Below are positions 39,524 to 51,500 of a stretch of DNA of 64,000 nt, piece after piece. Source of the stretch: Candidatus Omnitrophota bacterium (lineage in GTDB: Bacteria; Omnitrophota; Omnitrophia; Omnitrophales; Aquincolibacteriaceae); assembly GCA_043803685.1 (NCBI GenBank), contig JAZDJU010000123.1:14673-78672 (forward strand), given 5' to 3'. The first letter of the stretch is position 1. Each line of letters opens with the position of its first letter. A model generated the notes under the pieces. That model was not told the DNA's origin. It saw only the letters and a list, made by a program, of their open reading frames with translations, and made no database searches. Position numbers and translations under genes: made by a program.

Positions 39524-42500
39524 TTACGCTGCCTTCTCCACCGCCCGGCTAGCGGCGAATTCCTGAGTAAGCATTTCCATATCCATGGTAAGGACCCCGT
39601 TTTTCGCCGAAAGAGCCAAGAGGTCGATGCCTTTTTCTTTTAATTTCGAGATCAGCATCGAGGGATCCACCTTCATGAGTTCCTGATCCATCGGTGATGC
39701 CGCGGCATAGATTCTGTTGATCAGAGCTACCGCTGCACAAACAAGCTTCTTCAGCTCAGGATTATCTTTACTCTTAAAATCCGCCAGGATCGACAGAATG
39801 CCATGAGGCTCGACGCCGAGCTCTCTCGTAAAAAACGCCATGAACGGCTCACTCTCACTCGCCTTGACGACATCTCTCACGAGAACATTCGCAGGCTTCC
39901 GCTCGCTTATTCTGATTTTCATGACAACATTGGAAACATCATCCCAACCTCTTCCCACCGGATTATTTTTGTCGTAGAGAACGACCAAACGCGGAATTTT
40001 TTCCATCTTCCTCAAAGCATCAAGCTCGAGATTCGAATCCGGCCCCTGTTCAACGATCATCGAAACACCGGAGCCGGGCATTTTGCTGATCAAATCATCA
40101 ATGAAGCTTGTGAACCCCTGGGTTTTCTTGATATCAATTTTTCTAACCTCCGACCGTCTAACATCCCCAGACTTCATCAATGCCGGCGATGCCTCTGCTC
40201 CGCCTATCAGTGCCTTCATCGATATCTCAGCCGCGATTGCGTCCGTCATACCATACGGCTCAAAAAGTTTCACAAGAAGTTGCGTCAATCCTGTCGAAAC
40301 AAATTCCGTAAGCGCGGCGACGTCCTTGTAGCCTTGCAGCTGCGCCATCAGCGCAGTCTCTTGATCGCCAAACTTCGTTTTCTCGCTATCGATCCCCGCC
40401 TGTCCTTGTCTCAGCAGCAACGCCTGAACCGCGTCAGGATTACTGTCCTGCGTCATTTGAGTAATTTGAACTGCCGGCGTCCCCGTAAGCACTTCCAACG
40501 GATTCTGATCGATCCGCACCTCAGAACGGCGAGACCCAAAAAAATCACGGAGATGCTCGAACTTTGGATCGAGAGGGTCATCTAATATATCGATCGCAAA
40601 TTTATGTATATTGGGGTTATTCTTAAGTTCATGTATGCTTGGCTTAACTGTGAGCATTCCTGCCTCCACACGCGGCTCAAGAAATTCGACATAGAAGCGT
40701 CTGGCATCAGCGGGAAAACTCAAAGAGATCTGCTTCATGTCTTTCATGAACATATCGCTCAACGCAGCGTCAAAGGTGATCGTTCCATTCCCTCGTATTT
40801 TATCCCTGGCGCTTATGAGTAGAGTCACTTTAGCAAGAGCGATATTAGCAACCACAACCCCTCCGATAGCACCCAGAGGCTTAGGCTTCATAAGCACATA
40901 CACGAGCGTATTCTGATCCTGAAGCGTTTTCTCCCACCGAGATCTACCTTCCGCATTGCTATCGTCAGAAAAGCCTCTTGATAGCTCAAGATTGAAAAGT
41001 CTCGCCGCCAGGGACTTGAGCTGATCCGGATTTTCTTCCAGCGATTTCCTCGCGTTGACGACTGTCCCAAGAATTTCATGTTCCGAAATGATGGCCTCCG
41101 ACCTCGCCTCAGCACGCTCTGGGGTGGAGGTCGCCGGCGACTGAGGAATGCCCACAGCAACAGGACCCAAACCCGCCTCAGAACGCTGAGCACCCCAAAA
41201 CTTGCGGAGACCAACAAACTTCGAATCAAGTGGGTTCGCAAGCAATTTGATTTCGATGTCAGGTCGTGGGTCCTCCAAGCCCTTACGCGCAGATGAAATA
41301 ATCTTAAGAACCTCCATTTCTTGACGGGGGTTCAAGAACCCCTTCTCTTCGTCGGTATAGAATCCCTCTGAAAGTCCTGTAAAGTTCCACGAAATTAGCA
41401 TTTTTTGTTTTTTAGACATTTCACTCAAAAAGGTATCGAGAAGGAATGATCCCCTTCCCCGGACTTTATCTGGCGAGCTCATGAGTCGGGCAAGGCGCAC
41501 AGTTTCACCTTCCAGATAACCACGAACCACCCCAGCAATGTCCTCTGAAGGATCAAAAAGCACGTACACATAATGGCTGGGATCGCGCAAGCTTGCCTCC
41601 AATTCGCGCACGCTTCTTTCAAACTCCTCTACATCCATTTTAGAAATATAACTTTCCGTTTCAACTTCACGAATCCTTCTTGCTAATTGTTCGAATTTTG
41701 AGGGGTCAAAACGCTTCGCATCAACCGTTTTGCCAAGACCAGGGTATTCCGCAATAACAGCTTCTTTCGGGATCTCGAACCGGGCTTCCGAGCGCTGAGT
41801 GCCCCCAGACTCGCCAAGGGGATTCTTTAGCAAATTAACTTCGTAAGAACGGCCCTCGTGCTTGAACGTCAATAGCCCCTTCTCCTGGCGCGCATTCAAA
41901 ATATCCAGTTCGCGATCATCCGATGAATACCACCCGATCCTTTCGACGCCCTCTTTGCTCATCAGATTCAAAAATAGCTCCATAAAGGGTGCCAGGGTTC
42001 CATTATCGAGACTTAAGAGCGAATCCAGCCACATCTCTTTTTTTCCTTTCAACACGGGACCGCGAGGCACGGCAGCTCCTGAAATTTCCCCGTTCTTGTC
42101 GACAAATACCCACATGGCCTGATCGGGGTCTTCCAGCATCGCCTCCCAAAACCCTGTATCCATTTCCCATTTTCCCAGCACAAAGCTCGGACGATCGAGA
42201 TAATAAAGCCTTGAAGCCAACGGCTTGAGTTGATCCGGGGCGAGCTTCAGCCATTCTCTCGCATCCACTATTTTCCCAAGGGGATACTCCGCAACCACGG
42301 GGACATTGGACGGGAGGTCAAACTTCGTATCATGCCTGCGTAATGCGTAAAGAGGAGCGAACTCGGGAGCCAAGGGATCTTTGAGCAGGGTCACGTTGTA
42401 AACAGAGCCGGCAGTTCCGGTATACGTCAAGATCCCGTTCTCCTGAAGAGGTTTCAATACACTTTCATAGAAATTTCCGTCTGAAGTGTCTCGCCACAAA

Positions 42501-45500
42501 ATTCCCATGATCCCTTTCTTGAACATCTCGCTAAAAAATGCGCCCAAAACCATTCTTCCCTTCCCCCGGATCCCGTCATCAAGACTCGCCAGCCGACCCA
42601 GCGACGCTTTTTTTCCGCCTTCGAGATCAACCTCAGCAACCGCGGATATATCCCCGTGGTCATTAACGAAAAAGAAGAAATCTTTGCGACTGTCTTGCAG
42701 TTCCTTCTCCAAAGGCTTGAGCTGATCCGGTGCGAGGGCTAGCCAATCCCGGGCGTTCACGACTTCCCCGAAACCCTCAGCCTTAGCGACCACTCGCACA
42801 CCCTTGGGAAGTTGTAGCCGGACCTCGGAACGACCTTCAACATATCTCACGGGACGCCTTCCGGTTGTGACCATTCTAGGGAATTCAGGTAATGGATAAA
42901 GCGGTCTGAGTAACAGAAGGGGATCGATTGCTTGCAGATCTCTCACACCAAAACCCGTATACAACTCGCCGTTGACCTTATGAACCTCCAAGTGCAAATG
43001 ATCATAAGTCCGTCCATATTGCTTCTCAACCTTCGGCGATAACGGGTACTCTCTTCTAACGGCTTCTTTTTTATGCCAGGCATTGACTCTTCCGAGCCTT
43101 TCTCCCTTTTTGACCCCCAAATCGCTTTTAGAATCAAACCAGGTATGTTTTAAAATATGTTCGGGAATGCTATCTCTCTGCAAATGTACATATTGCCAGA
43201 GCAGATCAGAAGCAGGAGAATAGACCCAAACATCCGCGAACGAGGCCGCAGCCGAGTCACCTCTACCATCGAACCTTTGCACATAGACGACAAAGCCATC
43301 CTCAACAGGGTATACAGAAGTGCCAGGTTCGGCTTGAAGATCGATGCCATCATGTTTTTCGTCTCGATCTGTTGTTGGCCAGTTGGTCGTTCCAAAAAAA
43401 TTAGCGATGTGTCTTGTCGCCACCGACATATCCACAGGCCATTCAAACGAGTGAGAAAGTGGCTTCAAACTATCAGGCAAGCTTCCCATCCTGACGTGCC
43501 GGAGATAAGCTTCGCGCTCAACCCCCAAAGGATCCACATCGTTTTGTCGCAAAGGCTGGAAGTTTCTCATCTCCGAGCGCTTGTACCCCACAAAGTCGCG
43601 GAGATCATCAAATTCGGAAGCAAGCGGACTCTTAAACAAACGAACCTTGTATTTAAAACCATCCTTCTCAAATGTCAAAATACCTCTTGCTTCGCGATCC
43701 GCTAAAAATTTATCGTAGAATGCTTCCGAACCAGACGATGCTGTCCATTCAAATTCCGTCTCGAGTCCGCCATACATCCGGTCCAGAAAAGCATCCAGCA
43801 GAAGCGTCCCTCTTCCACGCACTCCGTCGTCGAAGCTCATAAGTCGATCCAGGCCTATAGTATTCCCCTCCAGCGGCCGAAAGTGACCGCTCACAGCACC
43901 GACAAGATTCCCTGAACGATCTCTCAGGACATAGATATATTGTTCAGGATCCCCAAGCTTGCTTTTCCAAAAAGCAATATCCGTCTGCCATGTTTGGGCC
44001 AAGGAGCGTAATAGCTCCCATTCCATCTCGTAGAGCCCTTTTGCCAAAGTCTCTATTTCTTCCTGACCTGGATCCCCCCCATGGAAATCCTTCACGTCCA
44101 GAACTTCGCCAACACCAATGTCCGGCACGATCACGCGAAAACCTTCAGGGATCTCGAATCGCGCCTCGGAGCGTTTTGTCCCTACAAATTTTCGGAGATC
44201 ATCGAATTCAGGATCAAGTGGATTTTTCAACAATGTGATCTTGTACGAATCGCCATCCAGTTTAAATTGAAGAATTCCCTTCGAACTTCTGGCATTCAGA
44301 AAATGATCATAGAAATCCTTGGCATCACTGAGGGAGTGCCATTCAATCTTTTTGAGATCCCGCTTGAACATTTCGCTCAAAAAAACATCCAGAAGATACG
44401 TCCCCTTCCCCTTCATTCCGTCCTCAACGCTGATGATCTGCACCAGCTGCGCGCCACCTACGTGAGGCAGGGGAGAAATACTCAAGGCAACACCAACAAC
44501 ATCCCCAGCCCGTACAAGCAGTTGCACATGCTGCAACGAATCTCCGAGTGTTTCCTTCCATTCACGTACGCCGTCCTCCGTTTTCTCCCAAGAGAAATGC
44601 TTCACTTCGAACGCATCAAGGAACTTGGCCAAGGGCTCGAGTTGGGTCGGATCAGCCTTAAGCACATCCCTCGCATCCACCACTTCCCCAACGCCAATAT
44701 CCGGTGCGATAGCCTTAACACCCTCAGGGATCTCGTATCTAACTTCCGAGCGCTTCGACCCAACAAACTTGCGGAGATCATCGAATTCTGGAGCGAGCGG
44801 ATCCGCAAGCAATTTGATCTCGACATCGGCTTCAGGCGTTACGCTGCGAGACGGATCATGCTTTAATCGTTCCAGCATCCCGGCGTCCTGCCGAGGCTTT
44901 AAATATCCTTTTTCTTCGTTAAGATAGAAATTCTCTGAGAATCGGCTAACATTCCATCTGAATATCGTGACGCCGAGGCGGGACATCTGACTTAGAAAAA
45001 CATCCAAAAGAAAAGTGCCTTTCCCTTGGACGTTGTCATTAACGCTCATGAGCCGGTCCAACCAGACACCTTCCTCACCCTTCAAAGTGAACTTGCTCCC
45101 TCTGACGGCCGCCCCAACGATCTCTCCGGAAAGATCTCGAAGGATGAACACAGACTCAGGATCTTCCAGGATATCCAGCCATTCCAACACACTCGGGACT
45201 TTCTGTCCTTCCTGGATGTAGCAGCGACTAGAGAGCTCATAGAGCCTTTTCGCCAAGAGTCCTGCATCCAACCCAAGCTGATTTGCATTGAACACTTCCC
45301 CGACAAGAGCATGCTCCGCGATTGCAGGAACACCTTCGGGGATCTCGATACGAACTCCAGCTTTCTTTGGAGACGGCTTCGCCGACGGAACCGGGCGCCC
45401 TTCCGCAGACTTCTTCTCACTCCAGCGGAGAGCGACTTCGCGCAGGGCGAGCGAAAAACTGTTTAACTCTAACTGTATCGCGGGCCAATCAGGCAGAGAC

Positions 45501-48500
45501 TGAAGACTCTTCAAATACCACCCAGAGGGACGCGCATAACCAATGTAGTGGCTCAATTCCCCATTTAAGTGGTCCACGAATCCCTGAAAGAATTGTTTTC
45601 CGGTCAGATTTAGCAACGCAAGATCGTTGATCGGAACAACACGACCCAATCCTGGGATTTCAAATAAGAAAAGGCCTTTGATCTCATCCCCGAGTTCTGC
45701 CAAACTCATCTTTGAAAGCTTTTCAGCCTGGGCCTCGTCTTTTTCAGAGATACTCCATATTCGCGGGTCCTGCAGGGGCTCACCTAAGCTGTCCTTACTG
45801 GCCCGCTCAAAAACCACGTCGAAACTCTCGCCACGGCTAACTATTTCCCCACCACCTCGCACTTCAGAACGGCTTGCCCCCATGGCAACCTCCGAAGTGA
45901 CGGAACGGGAAGGAATGAGATAGGCTTCTGCCTTATCGGCCGAATCAAGATAGTAGGGCTCCTCGCCCCAGGTTCCCCCGAGCTTTTTCTTCGCAAAGGG
46001 CACCTTCCGCCCCCCCAGTTTTCCGATCACCACTTGTTCGATAAAATCATCGTTGGAAACATATTTCCCATGCCCCGGTATTCCAAGATAAAGGTCTTTC
46101 GCAGAGATCTTCTGCTGAACATACCCCGCGTAATTGATCGTCTGCTCCCCGATCCAGAACATCAGCGCCTGACTGCGCTCATACGCGGCATGGATCTCCA
46201 GATTCTGGATCACGAGACTCCCGTCCTCGTCCAGATAGAGCCACGCCGCCGCCATCGTCTCGCCCGTCTTGTCATCCACTACTTCCATCACACTCATCCC
46301 CTCATCCACCAACCGCTCCACCATCGCGTGCGGGAATTGCCCCGACCCCATTCCGAGGCAGCAAGTGACCTTATCCCCGATGAATAAGTCCTGACCCGGC
46401 TGGCGGCCATAAAGACGAAATTGAAAATACGTGCGCATCGCCAGGATCTTCTGGTTCTCACGATCCAGGAGCCTCAGCTTGAGCGTCACAAGCTTTTCAT
46501 AAAAATGCGTAGCCGCTTCAAGGGCTTTTCGGTCTTGAGGCCCTTGAAGTTTTTGGATCATATTTCGAACCGCGCTTAAAAGCGTCCCGGGATTTTCATC
46601 AGCTCCCAGAAGTTTTACGTTCGTCAGGATCTTCACCGCATCGTTTTTCTTGGGACCTTCCTGACTCACCTGAAACTCGACTTTGCCTTCCTTCTCCGCA
46701 ACCTTCAATCCTGCTTTTCCAAGGATCCCGACCCAACCCGCGGACGCGTTGTTTGCCGCCGCGTAAGTTTTTCCCGCGTCTTCCAATACCTGATCCACAT
46801 CCGCATCCGGACTCCACGCCCGGTCCTGCCCCTGCCCGGAATAAAGCAACTCTCGCGGCTCGACTTTGGAGTTCTTGCCAAGCCAGGCGTCCATATCGTC
46901 CCCGTTTTGCTTCCCCAGGTCCCGGACACGCTTATTGTGCAACGCCAATGGCCGTCCAATCGCGTCCGTCTGGTCCGTGTTTTCAATAAAATCCATGAAC
47001 CGTCCCCCAAAAAAAGAGGTCAGTGTGGCGCGCATCAGACCGCCTCGCTCCTCGGCTCCTTGTTCCCCAGATTCTATCGTCTTCAGCCCTTTCACAAGCA
47101 GATGCGCCCGGTTCCAGTCCAGAAGAGCATGCACCTGTTCCGGCAATCCGTTCCCGCTGATTTCGATCCCAAGATCTTGGGCCAGAAACAAGACGAGTTG
47201 GCGTTTCAAGTTTTTCGCAAGCGGAGTGGGTGGCAGGGCTTTCATTCCCGCGAACTGCAACTCTTCTTCCAGCGCTCGTTCGCGGCCCATGGCTCCGAAG
47301 ATCGAAGCGACGTTCATCAACTCCAAGAGTCCGGTCACGTCTGGGGAGTACTTTTGACCACTTCGATCCTTCAGGCGTTCCTGATAATTCAGAAGGGCCT
47401 TCGCCAACCGTGGATTCTCCAAGACCCCCTGTTTGTCGGTGATCCATTTCCGGAGCATGTTCGCGCTAAAGATCTTCTGACTACGGATAAGCCCTTCCAA
47501 ATTCTTCATGGCTCCCGGCACCAGCACTTCCACTGCCACAGTCATGGAAAGCATCCGTGATATCTCGCCTTCCACAAGCCTTCGATTTAAGGATAACTCG
47601 GAATTTCTCTCCGCGAGCACAACCCCGAGAGAGTCCCTTCCCTGGTCCAGGGCATCAAGCCAGGGTTTATCCTGACCGAATAGAATTTCACCCAATGCGC
47701 GATTATCAATCGCATAGGTTAGGTGATATTTCCTGACCCACTGCCGCGATCGTTGCAATGCATCCTCCAGATCCCCCTCCGGCATGGATTGCTTCACAAA
47801 GGACAATAAACCGGAACTTTCAGCGACCAGAAGCTTTCCGGCCGCATCTTCTAATCCATTCTCCCTAAGCGTTTGAAACCACTTGTTCGCCATCAAAACT
47901 GACGCCGCGTCCTTCTCCATCAATCCGGACGATACGGCCGCGATTACAAGCTCACTGGCCTGGCTTTCAAACCCGTTTTTTTTCAGGGTCGCTTGAAAAC
48001 ATTCGTCCACCCTGGCGATCGACGCCTCACCCTTCTCCATCAATCCGAACCTTACGGCCTCGACCACAAGCGGACCTGCCCAGTACTCCAACCCATTCTT
48101 CTTGAGCGTTTGAAACCATTCGTCGACCTTCGCGATCGACGCAACGTTCTTCTCCAGCAACCCGGACTTTACGGCCTCGACCACAAGCTCACCGGACAGT
48201 TTCCCCAATCCCTTCTCCATGAGCACCTTAAACCATTCATCAACTTTGCCAATCGACGCCACGCCGCGTCCCATCACCCCGGACTTTACAGCTTCGATCG
48301 CAAGGTGACCGGCTAAGTCAGCACGCCCCATCGTTATGTGCATTTGAAACCATTGGTCCAATTCGGCGAGCGATGCCTTGCTTTCCTCCATCAATCCGGA
48401 CTTGACGGCCTCGAGCAAAAGCAGACCGGCCACATCCCACCTCTGCGCATCCTTGAGCAACTGGAGACATTCGTTCAGCCGGGTGATCGCTACGCTCTCC

Positions 48501-51500
48501 TCCATCAACCCGGATTTTACGGCCGCAATCACAAGCAGACCGGCAAAGTCCACCCACCTTGCCTCTTTTAGCGCGTAAAACCATTCGTCCACTTTGGCGA
48601 TCGAAGCCGCGTTCTTCTCCACCAGTCCGGACCTTAGGAACGCAATCATAAGCTCACCGGCCGAATACCTTCTCGCACTCTTTATTAACACGTAAAAATG
48701 TTTGTCCAACCAAGTGATCGCTGCGCTCTTCTCCATCAACCCGGCCTCAGTGGCCGCGAGCACAAGCTGACCGGCCCATTCTTCCAACCTCACTCTCATT
48801 AGCGCTTGAACCCATTCGTTCACCTTGGCGATCGACACGGGGTTCGTCTCAATAAACCCGGCCTTTACGATCCCGGTCACAAAGTCCCCCGAAAAATACG
48901 ACCGAGGCTCAGCAACGAGCACGCGGAACAACTCATCCACCTTAGCGATCGACGCCGAATTCTTCTTCATCAATCCGGACTTGATTGCCTCGAGCATCAC
49001 CTGCCCGGCCTGTCCCGCTTTGTTGTCGTCAGTAAGCAATCGTTCAATCAAGGTCATGACCTGTTCCCTTTTCATGATCAGTTGCTTGGCTTCCGTGCGA
49101 ACAGCGTCAGGGAACAACGCCACCAGTTGCTTCCCGTCCTCCACATCCGGCAAAGAATCTCCATCAGCTCGCATTTCAGAACGTTGATCTTCGGACCTGG
49201 TTGAAGAGTCAGGACTCGAGCCCACTTCCGGGGGGCGGGGTTCTTTGCCGCGGGGCGGAACAGCGGCCTTCCCAAACAGCGATTTCCACACCCCGATTCT
49301 CACACCAACAAGAAAGAGCCCTAAGGCTAAGACCACGCCTCCTAAAGTCATCCATGACGATGCCGGAACGATCTCCGCGGGCTTTGGCTCTGAAACATCC
49401 TCGGACGCCACTTCTGCTACGATCTCTTCTTCGATTATCCCTTCGCCCTCATTCTCATCAACAATCGCCATGTCCTCACTGGAGTCTCTCCAACTCGTTG
49501 AAATGGCCTTATAGGTTTCTTCTAAATTTCCCAAAGCCTTACCCGTGTACTTCGGGACCCCTATGTAATGGCTAGCATAAAGCGTCGAAAGATCCTTGTT
49601 ATTTGTATTCTTAGCATCCTTGTCAGGATCATACACAAAGTCAGAAAGAGTTTTATTGGGAGGCACACCTTGTAATAGCTTCACCATCGCCACGAACTGA
49701 AACAATGAAAAAGCTTTGGAGGAATGACCGGAACGCATGAGTAAATAAACCAGATTTCTCTGCAAGGTAGGCTTGTTCTGCGGTTTTTTGTAAAAGGCCT
49801 TAAGATCCGGGAGAAGCTCCATCAACTCTTCGGATGAAGAAAACCCGAAGCACCCCGCCACAAAAGCCAGCTCTTTTTGGAGAGTCGCATGATCAGGATC
49901 ACCCGGCTGAACCTCACGCGTTAAATAATTCAGCAGGAAATTCGCCATCGTTCGATAGTTGACCTGACCAAACCCCAATCCACCGACGAACGCCGGTTTT
50001 CCTTTTGAATTGCGCTGGATCATGGATCGAAATTCGCTTTCGATCATAAAAAGATGCATCAAAATATTATGCAAAGCATCCTGATCTTTCGCGGAGAGAT
50101 CGTCTCGAACATCACGGATCATCCTGACTAACTCCTCTGAAACCACTTCCTTGATTTTTTCCGGCCCAAGCTCCCCAAGCTCCTTTTCGATCTCTTTTGC
50201 CTGCTCTACGATCATCCGGGAAGAAACGCGTTTGCGGGTCAAAGATTCCTTTACCTGCTCCGGGCGCTGCCCCGAAGACACTATCAGCGAATCACTCTGT
50301 TCGGTGGTCGCGGACATCGCAAGCGACGTTACAGAATCGTACAAATTCCACGCCCCGGACAAACACAACGTTACAAGCGCGACCCTCACCCATTGCCGCC
50401 ATATCCCTAAATTTGGCTGATCATGCCCCATTTGACGCATTTCAGAACGACGCGCTGCCTCTTCGGTTTCTGAACCGTCTTGAACTTCGGAACGTAGCAT
50501 CTCGGAATAGGTTACGAATGTGCCGTTCAATTCTTCCTTCAACGTCGCTAGCGCTGTTTTTTCCTGCGATTCGCGATACCGCTTGAGAAGCATTTTTGCC
50601 TTTTCGGGGTTAAAGGTCACGACCACGCTATGGGTTCCCCAATCGACATCCACGATCTCCTCAAGTTCCGCTTTCTTTTTGACATTCACGGCTTTGATCG
50701 CATCACGGAACCATTCATACTCTAAAAAGCTCATCACATCCTGCGCGTTCAAGAGAGAATCAAAGGGCGAATCTGTCTCCCCATTGAGCAATTTCAGTTT
50801 TTCATTTTCGATCCGTGTGAGCATGATCATAGGCGGCGTCTGATAGGTAACACCGCGCCCCGCCAGAGTATCCTTAAGCGCCAGTGCCATGACGTCCAGC
50901 TCCGTGGTCGAAACCGGTGGCCCGCGATTTGCCAGAGCCTCTTTCGTAAAAGCGATCCATATCTTGTCCGGAGCCTCACGGAAAGGAATGATCCCCTGCT
51001 CCCAAGCCTCCCTGGTAGACTCTGTGGGTTTGATCCCAAAAGCTTCCCGGGTGAGCTTTCCCAAACTTTTGATCACCTGATCGCCTCCGCTATCGCCGAC
51101 CAGGCTTTTGAGTCGATGAAACGCCCGGGTTCTGGGCCTCCGCCCCCCCTCATCCTCCCCGTAACTCGGCACGCTCACCTCTTCGATCACTTCGATCTCC
51201 TTTTCCGGCGGCATTCCGCTGCGGCCCGCCGTGAGCGCTGTTCGCCCTGCGGTTTCATTCAATACTTCTGTGAGCGGATCCTGATCTCCCCAACTTTCGA
51301 TTTTGGGAGAATTTCTTCGTGCAAGGATTTTCTGAAACTTCTTTTCGATCTTTTCGGCAGTGACCGGTTGCTTAACATAGGTGTTGCGATTTTGGGAGAT
51401 CGCCAAAGACGGAAGCACAACAGCGCGGTTCCGCCCGGTGTCTTTGGCAAATGAAAGGGCGTCATTCGCAAGCCGCGACGCCCAGAACGCAAAAAGCTCC

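Noticed and set aside
47790..49020. Periodic DNA repeats as a CRISPR array
   Set aside because: Period is about 117 bp, units are degenerate and in-frame coding, there are no unique spacers and no cas genes.
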